Source: Octopus vulgaris (Eukaryota). Taken from it: a stretch of 64,000 nucleotides of DNA. Both the position numbers and the translations under genes were made by a program. The stretch is taken from contig OX597816.1 in the NCBI GenBank assembly GCA_951406725.2, positions 108,686,001-108,750,000 of the forward strand, read 5' to 3'. Below are positions 1 through 12,526 of the stretch, piece by piece (position 1 is the stretch's first letter; each line of letters starts with the position of its first letter). The notes under the pieces are model-generated. The model made no database searches and was not told where the DNA came from. It saw nothing but the letters and a program-made list of their open reading frames with translations.

Positions 1-894
1 AGTACTAGGGTCAATTCTTTTCGACTAAAATTCTTCAAGGCGGTACCCCAGCATGGCTGCAGTCTAATGAGTGAAATAAGTAAAAGATAAATAAGTATTA
101 CAAGTAATCTGAATGCTAAGGGGTTAAAGTAATGTAATATTCTTTCTGAAGTAACCATATAAAAGAAAAATACTTTCTATTAACCTACATATTGATAGCT
201 GAGACATATTCAACACTGTCTACTGAAGCAAACAATTAAAAGGTGTCAATAAATAGTTTAGCTTATGTAAAGTTAGACAACACAAAAATATATATATATT
301 TGGTATTCAATCATTGTTTCTAAACAAACATCTGAAACAATAAAATGGAACTGAAGATATATAGATCTTTGTCCCAACAACAAGAGAATCGTCTGCTTTT
401 ATACACGTCAGTAAGATGTGTGTCTATACTTTCTCAGTTGAAAGCAAGTGTACTTTGTTTCTTGGATTCTTAAGTTATTATTTAGCCTGAAGTCAACTCT
501 GACCTAAGATATTCCAGCTAAGACTATTCCCGAAATGTTGGAATGGTCATGCTTTTGAGAGAATTTGATAGGTGGAAACTATGTGAAAGCCCATTTATGT
601 ATTTGCATATATATGTATGTATGTATATGTATATATATATATATATATATCATCATCATCATATATATATATATAGAGAGAGAGAGGGGGGGGGGGGTTA
701 TGAAAAAAACACAAGACGAAGACAGGTGGTGTACAAAACAAGCAGATGTATTAGTATAACGCTCAGGAATAGAAAAAGTATTTTACATTTCGAGCCTATG
801 CTCTTCTACAGAAAGGGACACAGGAAAAACAAGGAGAGAAAAAAATTATATATATATAAGAAACACACTCTAAAACATTAGAATGGTAGTATAC

Positions 895-1086
895 TTAGAA
901 GGTTGTTTGTTGTGGCTGGTCAGAGAGTGACCATTCATTTTGCATCCATAAAGTGCTTAGCTGGATAGGCAACTCATCATACACAAATACCCATTTGAGT
1001 CTTACGAGTTGCCTATACAGCTAAGTGCTTCATAAGTGTGAAAGCAATGGTGACTCTCTGATCAGCCACAACAAACAACCTTCTAA
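895..1086. repeat. Hairpin/MITE-like inverted repeat (~80-bp arms, 30-nt loop)
   Basis: ttagaaggttgtttgttgtggctg...ggataggcaactc pairs with gagttgcctatacagc...cagccacaacaaacaaccttctaa. Confidence 0.85.
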
Positions 1087-1848
1087 ATGTGTGTGTGTGT
1101 GTGTGTAAATATGCACGTTTGTTTCTCCACCACTGCTTGAAATAAATGTTGGTTTGTTTATGTCTCCATATAGCAGAATAACTACCATATTTAAAAAACA
1201 TGGTACTACAGTCAATTTGTTCAATTAAACCCTTCAAGGTGGTGCCCCAGCATGGCCAGCAGTGCAATGACAGGAACAAGTAAAAAAAATAAAAGACAGC
1301 ATACCCATCAATGTCAATGGATATACTCTCCACGGGAGAGCCCCCCCCCCACCAAAAACCACTGACCCATGATTAAATAAAAAAAACACAAAACAAGGAT
1401 GATTGGTAAAGCTATAATTTACCAACTATTCTGTCATTAATGTTTAGTATTTCAAGATCAAATAATTTTCATGGCTGACTTAACCCTTTCCAATCAGCTA
1501 TGAGATGGGGAGAGAAAGGAAGGCTTCATTGGCAGGATCAGTAGCAGTGGCATGTTCAGAAGACAAAAAAAAAAAAGAGCAGAAGCTAAAAGCAATATTT
1601 TTTTTTTATGGGAAATTTGTGGATGGCCAACTCTCATCAGACAGATGGCTATCAAGCACCAATCAAACATCTAGTCCATATAAATTAAAGACTGCTAAAA
1701 GTATTTACAAGTCCATACTATATGATTACCAAACATCAAGTATGTGAAAACAAAATTTTTTTTTATTTATAGATATCTTTATTTATTTTTACTGCTTTCT
1801 GTTAATAAACTGCAACCATAGGTGTAGTTTTAAAAATCACTAAACATA

Positions 1849-2023
1849 GGCGTAGGAGTGGCTGTGTGGTAAGTAGCTTGCTTACCAACCACATGGTTCC
1901 GGGTTCAGTCTCACTGCGTGACACCTTGAGCAAGTGTCTTCTACTATAGCCTTGGGCCAACCAAAGCCTTGTGAATGGATTTGGTAGAAGAAAACTGAAA
2001 GAAGCCTGTTGTATATATGTATA

Positions 2024-2097
<74 letters not shown>

Positions 2098-2283
2098 TCC
2101 CCCCAACATCGGTTGACAACCGATGCTGGTGTGTTTACGTCCCCGTAACTTAGCGGTTCAGCAAAAGAGACCGATAGAATAAGTACTAGGCTAACAAAGA
2201 ATAAGTCCTGGGGTTGATTTGCTCGACTAAAGGCGGTGCTCCAGCATGACCACAGTCAAATGACCGAAACAAGTAAAAGAGTA
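1849..2283 (+). mobile_element. tRNA-type SINE family A, full length
   Basis: A-box tggctgtgtggt, B-box gggttcagtc, core accttgagcaagtgtctt, internal (TA)n(TG)n, tail ccagcatg...gaaacaagtaaaaga; many copies in the window. Confidence 0.88.
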
Positions 2284-3519
2284 TGCTGTGATATGGCATG
2301 CAAGGTTTATAAATTGATCACAACCCAAGTACTCATTTCAGTCTGGTACTTATTTTATTATGGAAGATGCACTTAACCCCTTCCAAATGGATTGAGTACT
2401 GACAGTTTGTGTGGTGTACCGGTATTAGGTCATTCAGTAACAACATAATTTTTCATACAAGGAATTTTACAGCATTTTTACAGATTCTTCTCAATGTGGT
2501 GTATTTGAAAACACAGTGCCACACAGAGTGAGACATCACACTGCTCACACACACAATGTTTCAATGTGGTCAGAACCTCTTCCTGTCTGCAAGAGGTTAA
2601 GCCATTCAAAACACACAAAATTTTGATGCCAAATAACAAATAATAAATATTAAAGTGAAGTTAACAGCCTTTACATGTTTGATCTCTTCAGTTTGGCTCA
2701 CAGATTTTTTTTTTTTTAACTAAACAGTTTGAAACTTTGTATACTGGTGTAATTTCTCACACTGAACATGGTTTGTTTTCAACATTTTTGACAAAATTTC
2801 ATATTTTAGAAGTTATTTCAAGCTAAAGTTGTCTTATTTGGGTAATTTTAACCAATCAAGAGGTGTAGCTACAAGATTTTGATGATGTGATTGTTTATTC
2901 TTTTAAAAGACGTTGTAGAGTACATGAGAGAGGCAGGATCTGGCCAATTTGAACATCGTAGTATGCTTCTTTCCTCTTGTTATCCATGCAACTGCCACAC
3001 AAACTGGTTGCTGTTATAGTCTCTTCAACTATACAGCAGTTATTTTGTTTCACTACTCACTGAGGATTTCTTTGCTCTCAGCCCTGGTCTTCTCTCACAT
3101 GCATCTGTCTTATCCACCCTGACTGAACATTGCCTGCTTCCTTTTCCTCTTAATGAATCACTGTTCTACCACTTTTCTCAAGTCTAGCACCAGCAAGATA
3201 GGAAGGAGAACATCATAAATCAAGCTACAGACCACTGATATCCTACACCTAGCAGAAGCACTATACACTGCCATCCTCACACCTCATTTTTCAAAATCTT
3301 TCTTTCATGTACCCACTCCATAATGCCTTCCTAAAACAACTTCAACCCAAGTCAAACCCAGCAATGAAGACAAATTAATCATTTCTTTTCTTTTGACTGA
3401 GACTATTTTCATTTTTGCTCATGCTTTGTTTTTCTCTCTCTCTCTCTCTAACACAGACACCTCTGTCTCCTCTCTCATATACACACACAACTGCTTAAAA
3501 ATTCACTGCATCCTTTCAC

Positions 3520-3895
3520 TGTACATACACACAAATATACATATATATACACATATGCATATATACACATACAAATATATATATGCATATACACATACAT
3601 ATATACACATACATACAAATACATACATGCATATATACACATACATACAAATACATACATGCATATATACACATACATACATAGACACACATGCATATAT
3701 ACACATACATAGACACACATGCATATATATACATACATAGACACACATGCATATATATACATACATAGACACACATGCATATATATACATACATAGACAC
3801 ATGCATATATATACATACATAGACATGCATATATACACATACATAGATATACACGTGCATATATACACATAAGCAAACACATACATATACACAAA
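3520..3895. repeat. Compound (TACA/TA) micro/minisatellite
   Basis: Repeated ~30-bp acatacatagacacacatgcatatatatac units. Confidence 0.9.
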
Positions 3896-4398
3896 TACAC
3901 TCCCCTTTTTGTGTACACCTTTCCTCTCTCTTCAAGCACTTATGCACATTTACTTTCTCTCTTCTCATTAACTCTCCTCACAAGTATAAGGTGACCTGTC
4001 CCATAAAGCAACAAGTATTTACACACATTACATACATATAAACTTGAAAGACTCATGCAGCAAACAACACATGCACACAAACACACGTTTCCTTCTACTT
4101 CTCTCTTTCACTGAACACTATTTCGCTTGACATTCCGACCAATTTTCTTGACTCAATATAACAAGAGTGGACAAACTGTCCACACTATCTACTTAATCAA
4201 CAATTAATAACAGTCATTAAAATTCCTTTAATTCCCTCATCAGATTATGGTTCCACTAATAGTGTACATTTGTGTGTGAGGGGGGGTGCAATACACACAC
4301 ACACATTCTCCTTGATTAACACTTCATTGATTTTCAATGCAAACTTATTTCCTTTTCCTTATTTATATACGTATAAACACCTCATTTATAAATACATA

Positions 4399-4441
<43 letters not shown>

Positions 4442-4458
4442 CTAATTACACATTCCCC

Positions 4459-4502
<44 letters not shown>

Positions 4503-4644
4503 TTGACTTAACAAACAAAAAAACAAGTAATGTTATTTTATTCTTCAAGTTAACTTCAGTTATTCAAGATTCGTGCTTGGCAGTGGCAACAAGAAACTTA
4601 AGTAACTTGCTGAAGTTTATCACATACACACACACACACACATT

Positions 4645-4700
4645 CTTTTATACCTTTCAGCCCAAAGGCTGTGGCCATGCTGGAGCAATGCCAGTGAAAA
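4645..4700 (-). mobile_element. SINE/LINE-type 3' tail attached to the 5S copy
   Basis: Minus strand gctccagcatggccacagcctttgggctgaaaggtataaaaga matches the tail of SINE family A (gctccagcatggccgcagtcaaatgactgaaacaagtaaaaga). Confidence 0.65.
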
Positions 4701-4708
4701 TGTGTGTT

Positions 4709-4815
4709 GCTTACAGCACCTAGGTTTCCCAAACGGTCACCCATCTAAGCACTAACTAGGCTCCACATTGTTTAATTTCCGCAATCAGATGAGAACTGGT
4801 GCATTCAATATGATA
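4709..4815 (-). pseudogene. 5S rRNA-derived sequence (degenerate, lacks ~10 nt at the 5' end)
   Basis: Plus strand gcttacagcacctaggtttcccaaacggtcacccatctaagcactaactaggctcc...tcagatgagaactggtgcattca aligns colinearly with the reverse complement of metazoan 5S rRNA, with many substitutions. Confidence 0.85.
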
Positions 4816-7230
4816 CACATACACACACAATTACAGCATTGAAGGCATATAGCCACTCAAAAACTGTAAACATCGCTTAAACATTTATTATTGGGTATCA
4901 AAATTTTCATCACACTAACTGCAGCCTGGTCACTGACACAGTTCAACTGCGACACAGTTTTTGATAAAACCACTAGCCAGACAAATATATCTCTGACATA
5001 GAGATAAAGTATCCAGGTAGGTACCATACAAGCAATCAGTTATTATCTGGATTATAGCTAACTGCATCAAGTCTGAATTTCCAATCACAGGTTTTCTGTT
5101 GTTTGATCCACTAAATTATCAAACTCAATGTATGAGTATGTAAGAGGCTGAGTATTCCATACACACATTTAGCCTTAGTTTAATTCTCAGTGGAATCAGC
5201 TTGGCATAGGGTGGCAAGGCAGAATGTTTGAATTACAGGTACAATCCGTCCAGTGGATTTCTTCAGTTTCCATCAATTCAATTTCCCTCACAAGTTTGTA
5301 GAAAATGACATGCCCAAGATGTCAAGCAGCCGGTTCAAAACCAAGACCTCAGGATAGTGAAGCAGCAACCACATAACCATTCAGTCATACTATACCTGTG
5401 TAAGTGTGTGAGTTAGTGCTTAGGGTGTTGGATTCATGACCATAAGATTGTGGTTTCAATTCCTGGACCAGGTGATGTACTATGTTCTTGAACAAAACAC
5501 TTCATTTCATGTTGCTCAAATTCACTCAGCTAGCAAATATGAGTATTCCTGCAATGAACCAGCATCCCATCCAATGGGGAAATACATATGCCAGGGAATA
5601 TGGGAAACCAACCCTATGAGTCTATAGAACTCAATAAGGAGCTATACCCTTTTCTATACTACACCTACAGGTATAAATATGTCGTAGATCAAATTTTTAA
5701 TCGAGTACTTTCAATGAAAATATATCAGACCTTAGAAGAGTTGAGATACGTAGCGTACAACTTATGTATCCATTATTCATATGTATATCACTTGTGAATG
5801 CATATGGATTTTTTTCAATAGCTTTCTCACCAAACTGAGCACTTAAGTGATTTAAAACAATTTTAGTGAGAGAAAGAGGTGGTGATTTAGAAGAATGGTT
5901 AAAGTAGCAGACAGCATGCCTTTGCAGTGTTTGCTCTGTCTGTGAAGCTCTGAATTCAGATCCTGCCAGAGTCAACTTTTGTGGCTACTTTGTATTATAT
6001 ATCTGAGAATTTTCCTTTCCATCTCTTTCCTTCTGACAGTTGTTGTAGCTCTAAAGTTATATTTCATATTGAGCACTTCCGTGAAAAAAATAATATATCA
6101 TTTTTTTTTAATACAAAATTGAGACGTGTGTTATGAAATGCATGTGTAGGTGTATGTAATTTAGTATTTTGTCTCTGCCCCCACTTCTACCTTTTATGGA
6201 AAATACTAGAAGCAACAAAAATTTTCTTTTATAAACAATAAAAACAAAACAAAAACCAATGCTACCATATTTCTGTCGACATGGCACCAGCACTGAAACT
6301 GGAGTTTTAATACAGCTTAGCAGAGGAAATATGCCAGACAAATACACATGCAAGAATGTGTGACTGTGTGCATCGACAGAATTTTAAGTTTGTGTCTACC
6401 TCTTTGTATGAGCAACATATGAGAGAGAGAGAGAGAGATATCAACAGTGAACACATACATCAAATTCCCACACAGAAATACACAAAGATATATGATGCAC
6501 ATATACACATATATATATACAGGCTGCACATACAGATGTATTTTATGTGTGCGTATGTATACATGCATGTGTGTTTAAATTGTAAATATTGATTATTGAC
6601 AAACTGCATATAAATGGTCCATATCCAATGATAGAGTCTTTAACTGTAACAATGTTTTGATTGATTTTTATTGTTTTTTTTTAATTTTTAAAGATGAGCA
6701 AGGATAAAGAATGATGGGAGAATTCTTCTAGGGTTATAAGATATCCCGCCAAAGAGACTACAAAGGTTGGCCTTCCTTCTTTACCTCTGCCCACCACCAC
6801 CACCACATAGAATATGAATAGCTGCTAAATCTTCCTCAAATCCCACCCTAAAGGTCTTAGGTTCAGAAAAAAGTATAATGAGGTTACACATGTCCCCTAA
6901 AAAGAGATAGAATAGATATAGCTGGAATATTTTTGATCACAGACTTGCTTGATCAAGGGTGACCTGTGATTAAAGAACTGAATATAGATGCAAAGCATGT
7001 TTACATGAGCCTGTACATGTTCAGTCGACTTGCTAGAAATAACAACAAAATCTTTGTCAAACTATGAACTACCATCTTAAAAAGGACACACTGGATAATA
7101 TAGTCCAGGTCACAACTATATCTGAAAATATAAGGAGGATGGCTTGAATACCCTTGATTATAGATATGCTTGCTCAGGACAAGCCTAGGGCTAAACAACA
7201 TATTCACACACAAGCCAAAGAAGAAACTGC

Positions 7231-7634
7231 TATTCTTTTATTCTTTTACTTATTTCAGAAATTTGACTGTGGCCATACTGGAGCACAGTTTTGAAGGGCT
7301 TTAGTCAAACAAATCGACCCCAGGATTTATTTTTTTGAAGCCTAATACTTATTCTATCAGTCTGTTTTGCTGAATCACTAAGTTACAAAGACCCAAACAC
7401 ACCAACACCGGTTGTCAAGCAGTTACGGAAGCAAACAGACACACACACATAGATATATATATACATATATATGACGGGCTTCTTACAGTTTCCGCCTACC
7501 AAATCCACTCACAAGGCTTTGGTTGGCCCCAAGGCTATAGTAGAAGACACTTGCCCAAGGCACCATGTAGTGAGACAACCCAGAACCATGCGGTTAGGAA
7601 GCAAGCTTCTTACCACTCAGCTACACCTGCACCT
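7231..7634 (-). mobile_element. SINE family A copy
   Basis: Reverse-complement match to 1849-2283. Confidence 0.82.
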
Positions 7635-8467
7635 ATGTGAGTACCTTTGCTAAAAGTAGCCACTAACACACTCTCTTACTTTTTTTTTAAATAATAGAAG
7701 ACATGTTTGGATAATGTAGTCCTACCTACATGCACTGTTTAGGGAAGAAAAAAATGTCACTAGATGGTTACACCTGGAACATCTCTGATCATAATTTTCT
7801 CAATAAACAACAGGGACAATCTCATGTGCATGGCTTGAGAAGAAACACACACCTTACCCTTTCTTAACCTCGTATTTTCCAACCTTGTTCATTCAAGTCA
7901 GACACTCTCACTCCGACAAATACTAGCCACCACTGCCTCCATAAAAGAATGAGAAGACAAATCTTTGTATCCATGTTTGTTTCTTCTCAAGCCATGCCTG
8001 GCTCATAAGGCCGGTTTCCCAGTTTCCTTGGCGTATAGATTCCCCATCTGGAAGGGACGCCAGTCCGTCGCAAGCGAGCTGCAAGATGCAGGAGTTAAGA
8101 GTGAGAGAAAGTTGTAGCAAAAAAGTCAGCAGAAGTTCACCACTACCTTCTGCAGGAGCCGCGTGGAGCTTAGGTGTTTCGCTTATAAACACACACATCG
8201 CCCGGTCTGAGATTCAAACCAGCGATCCCTCGACTGCGAGTCCACTGCTCTAACTACCAGGCCATGTGCCTCTTGTATCCATATAATAGTTTATTTACCA
8301 TGGTGTTGAATAAGTTTTAAAAGTTTCAACCCTTTTGGTACCAACTCACCAGAGGCCACTTCAGATTCTATAATACAAGTGACATGTTTTACAGTGATAT
8401 AAATTAAAACTGTTCATCAAAATTCCAAGCTGATTTGTTTTAAATACTAGCTTAATAATTACAATGT

Positions 8468-8774
8468 GAAGGCATGTGGCTTAGTGGTTAGGGTATTCAG
8501 CTCATAATCATAAGATCTGGAGCGCAATTCCCAGTAGTATGTCCTTGAGCTTTATTTCACATTAATCCAGTCCACTCACCTGACAAAAATGAGCTGTACC
8601 TGTAATTCAAAAAGCCAACCATGTCACATTCTGTGTCATGCTGAATCTCCGAGAACTACTAAAAAGTACATGCATCTGTGGAGCGCTCAACCACTTGCAT
8701 ATTAATTTCATGTGCGGGCTGTTCCACAGATCAGATCAACTGGAACGCTTGTTGTCATAGCTGATGGAGTGCTA
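8468..8774 (+). mobile_element. tRNA-type SINE family C (related heads at ~5405, ~60148 +; ~8271, ~26231, ~42605, ~51670 -)
   Basis: A-box tggcttagtggttagg, core gtccttgagc...tttcac. Confidence 0.65.
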
Positions 8775-8791
8775 GTTAATAATTACAGCTA

Positions 8792-9187
8792 CAGGTCGTC
8801 GTCGACTTTACGATGATTGGTGAGCCAGCTCCCGGCAGCAATAATAGATAGTCCAGTTCAAATCTAATGGGCTTAATTTCTTAAAAATCAACCTGCCTTC
8901 GATGATGTCAGCTAACAAATGCTACCCCTAGGTTTGGTTATTGATTGCCACTGTGGTTTATCCCAAGTGTTGGATGAATATCCTGTTGCGGAGACATCGA
9001 GACAACCTTGTATTTGTTTATAAGACAACTGCTTGAGACTCTGAAATTTTTGACTAATGCCCAGTATAATACAGAATGCTGTGTCTGTCTTTTACCTGAG
9101 AATGTAAAAATATAAAACAAAGCTATATAGGCCAACTTACGACAGGTCAATCAGAACCAATTGTGGTCGTAAGTCGACGACGAGCTG
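8792..9187. mobile_element. pogo/Tigger-type MITE
   Basis: TA|caggtcgtcgtcgactttacga ... tcgtaagtcgacgacgagctg|TA. Confidence 0.75.
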
Positions 9188-9590
9188 TATTTTACTAAAT
9201 TTTTCATTATGTTCAGCATAATTGGAACAAAGGCAGCTTTTTTTTTTCAAAGATATAACAAAAGAGATAAACTAATTTTATTCAACATGGCAATTAGTCC
9301 ATCTCCCTATTCAATTTTTACAGGTTATCCTCAGTGGGTGCCTGACTCTCACTGAGTAACACAAATTTAAGTGATTCTACATCTAACACTGTCATTTTCA
9401 TAAATTCTGCCACTAGCAAAATCTAACCTTGTCCTTCAGTTTTTAGAAATGCTTGGGTGTGAACAGGGGGGGGGGGAACTAGCGGCTATTTCGAGCAGAG
9501 TAAGACTTGTCTGTGATTTGGTTGATTTGAAAAAAGTTTAACACATTTTTTCCACTTGATCTGTTCTTACACATAAATATATACATATAT

Positions 9591-9968
9591 TACTCTTTTA
9601 CTTGTTTCAGTCATTTGACTGCGGCCATGCTGGAGCAGCGCTTTTAGTCAAGCAAATCGACCCCAGGACTTATTCTTTGTAAGCCTAGTACTTATTCAAT
9701 CGGTCCCTTTTGCCGAACTGCTAAGTTATGGGAACATAAACACACCTGCATTGGTTGTCAAGCAATGTTGGGAGGGACGAACACAGACATATATATATAT
9801 ATATATACGACGGACTTCTTTCAATTTCCATCTACCAAATCCACTCACAAGGCTTTGGTCGGCCCGAGGCTATAGTAGAAGACACTTGTCCAAGTTGTCA
9901 CACAATGGGACTGAACCCGGAACCATGTGGTTCGAAAACAAGCTACTTACCACAGGACCACTCCTACG

Positions 9969-9971
<3 letters not shown>
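9591..9971 (-). mobile_element. SINE family A copy (a partial second copy follows at ~10035-10135)
   Basis: Reverse-complement match to 1849-2283. Confidence 0.85.
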
Positions 9972-10036
<65 letters not shown>

Positions 10037-10676
10037 ACAGGCTTCTTTCAGTTTCCTTCAACCAAACCCACTGACAAGACCTTGGTTGGCCCAGGGCTAT
10101 AGTAGAAAACACTTGCCCAAAGTACCACACTGTGAAATGAACCCTTACTTACACAAGTGGAAACACCCTTACTTGAAAAAACAAATAATATGCATCATCT
10201 AACCCGAGGGGTCAGCAAACTAGGGTAAATTACTCCAGCTGGGTTAAAAATGAAATTCTTGGGGGTAATGAGGACCCATTAGACATAAGTAAAATTATAT
10301 AAAAGAACGTGTTTCTTGTTATGACAGAAATTTTTTTTCTGGCTCTGAGGGGGCAGTCAAAAAGTTGCTGCCTTTGGCAACAACCTACCTTTGTGAACAA
10401 GGATTTTCCACTCTAATGAACATGAAACAAAGTAAAGAAATTGATTGGACCCCCCCCCCCGAAAACTGTATTCAAATTTCTCTGGCATCAAAATGTACCC
10501 AATTTTGATGTAATTGTACAAAAACAAAACATTATTTCTCCAAAGCCTAAAGTGAAAAAGTTTCTAGAAAAATCCTCATTTTATATTTATAATTGTACTC
10601 TCCATATAAATAGATTCAATAAGCCTTTTGAATTCAAAGAATCTATGATTTTCTTCCTTTCAAATCAAGGGGGTAA

Positions 10677-10727
10677 TCATCATCGTTTAACGTCCGTTTT
10701 CCATGCTAGCATGGGTTGGACGGATGG
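10677..10727 (-). mobile_element. RTE-type LINE/SINE 3' tail fused to the U6 copy
   Basis: CCGTCCAACCCATGCTAGCATGGAAAACGGACGTTAAACGATGATGA; the same tail recurs at ~57376-57434 and in degenerate form near 47940-47985, 53365-53430 and 60765-60890. Confidence 0.75.
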
Positions 10728-10796
10728 AAAATATAGAACGCTTCACGAATTTGCGTGTCATCCTTGCGCAAGGGGCCATGCTAATTTTCTCTGTAT
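10728..10796 (-). pseudogene. RNU6: U6 snRNA retrocopy, 5'-truncated (ACAGAGA box to 3' U-tract)
   Basis: Minus strand reads ATACAGAGAAAATTAGCATGGCCCCTTGCGCAAGGATGACACGCAAATTCGTGAAGCGTTCTATATTTT, nearly identical to the conserved 3' two-thirds of U6. Confidence 0.93.
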
Positions 10797-11609
10797 GGTA
10801 AATATGTTTTGGGGTAATTGTTTAAAAAAAGTTCCCCGAACCCTGATCTAACTCATGCTACCCTGGGAAACAGACAGGAATAATTATATAGGCGTGTTTT
10901 TTTGGGGTTTTTTTTTAAAGATCATAGTCATTCATCCGTGATCATACTGTCTTTTTCATGTATAGTGTTTTTATCATTGATGCTTAGCTCCAAATTAGCC
11001 CTGATCCTCCTATGCTTTCCGATAGTGAACATACATTATACAACTTGACCGCCAGCTTTTAGGACGGTAGGGAGTAAGGTTGAGGAGAAATTAGCTGCTA
11101 TTTCTAGCAGGGTGGATTTCTTTGTTTTCATCGATGCTGGTTGTTGTTAACATGTCAGCTCACATCAACCTACGATAATTATGGCGTTCCAGCTATGACC
11201 ATCCAGTTTTTTAGGGAGATATGTAAAACCAATTTAAATAAGTTCTTTCATTTTTACCACGTGAGTTGTGATTTGCGAGAGATTTGGCTGCTATTTCTAG
11301 CACGTAAAGTGACCACATAAAAGCTCCGTTTGTTTTCGTTTATAGCAAGATGATGGTAGTACTGATGGTGAATTGGAAGGGTACAAATGTAGGTGATGGT
11401 AAAGAATACGCACACCAGGTGTTTAGGGTAGGGTAAGGAGTGAGGGTTTTTGTTACGTCGAAAACTGATGGTGTGCGTATTCTTTACCTCTGCCACAGAT
11501 GTAATACGGGTTAATTAAATGGAGATATTTTCTCCCTATTTACTGTGTTGGATTGGGGAAGTTCCTATACATCGAGGAACGGTTTTAGCTACTTTTAAAT
11601 CGGATCAAT

Positions 11610-12014
11610 CAGTCTGCTGGCCAACCTGCGGCCCGGAGACCTTTATCTTGTGGCCCGCTCGATACTTTCTTAAAATGGGTTTATTTAAACAAACATTTTA
11701 AAAATCGGCAATGTTTCGTTTGTAGTAGCACGTTTCCGTCGATTTCCTCCGTCGATTTCCGTAAAAAATATTGCCTTAAAATCTTATCAAAAATTAAAGA
11801 TTGTAACGAAAAATAAAAAAGAATGATACTGCTGTTTTTTTGCAACGATTAATAAATATTTCATGTTGAATCAACGATCATTCATTCATTATCGTAATAT
11901 AATAAATAGCATGAGAAAGCAAAATGCTTTCAATTCTGTCAGTATACAAACGGCCCTGAAAAAACTTTCTGTGATAAAAGTGACCCGCAATTGTAATTCG
12001 AGTTGGCCAGGCCT
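11610..12014. mobile_element. hAT-like MITE
   Basis: ctggccaac / gttggccag termini with subterminal gcggccc/gtggccc repeats. Confidence 0.5.
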
Positions 12015-12348
12015 AGACTCTAGGCCATATATTATTTTAGCACGCACGTTTGTAAGTAGGAGTGATGTGTGTTATTCTCCATATATCAACAGTCTTTACG
12101 TATCACATAATCAGATGTTTGTTTATCACACACATATACTATAACGTGTGAGATACAGAATGAGTCAACGATGGGTCATAGAAAGCGGTTGCTGAACATG
12201 CTAGAAACAGCAGTTAAAACTCGTCTATGACACCCACTAGAGCCTTAAAAAACACGCATTAGGTAACTGTAGTCCTAGGTATATGTATGAAAAGAAAAGC
12301 CAAGACGGTCATGGCTGTTTACATTGATGAATTATTTTCGGATACCTA

Positions 12349-12526
12349 TTACAACAAAGTGACCCGAGGAAATAAATGAAGAGAACGTTGAAGGCTGAGA
12401 GAACCTCTGACAAGGATCATATCCAAGTGTACAAGTATGTACAATACGAACATTCCTTGAGAATCCTGAAAGTTAACTGAGCCCTGTTTACGATGCACCC
12501 CGCGTTTCATCCTCTCATAGAGTGTA
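12349..12526 (-). CDS. Candidate terminal coding exon (S-TLYERMKRGVHRKQGSVNFQDSQG...VTLL*)
   Basis: Acceptor gttttttcaag|T completes the phase-2 codon of the 16740 exon and enters the frame of ORF 12349..12714, open to a stop. No transcript support is available. Confidence 0.4.

Larger units (their letters stand above)
10203..10845. mobile_element. Degraded hAT-like non-autonomous element hosting the U6 chimera
   Basis: Ends (cc)gaggggtcagcaaact ... agttccccgaaccctg form imperfect TIRs; repeated subterminal GGGGTAA motifs. Confidence 0.4.

Noticed and set aside
1802-2153. Recurrent ORFs with RLPNPLTRLW / YQIHSQGFGRPEAIVEDTCPRCHAVGLNPEPCGW peptides
   Set aside because: Antisense translations of SINE family A copies, not a protein family.
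2377-2596. piggyBac-like MITE between TTAA sites
   Set aside because: Terminal repeats are too short and mismatched to support a call.
4709-4815. Functional 5S rRNA gene
   Set aside because: 5' end missing, many substitutions, no tandem array or T-run terminator.
10728-10796. Functional U6 gene
   Set aside because: Lacks the 5' stem-loop and upstream promoter, has an extra base in the internal stem-loop, and is fused to a retroposon tail.
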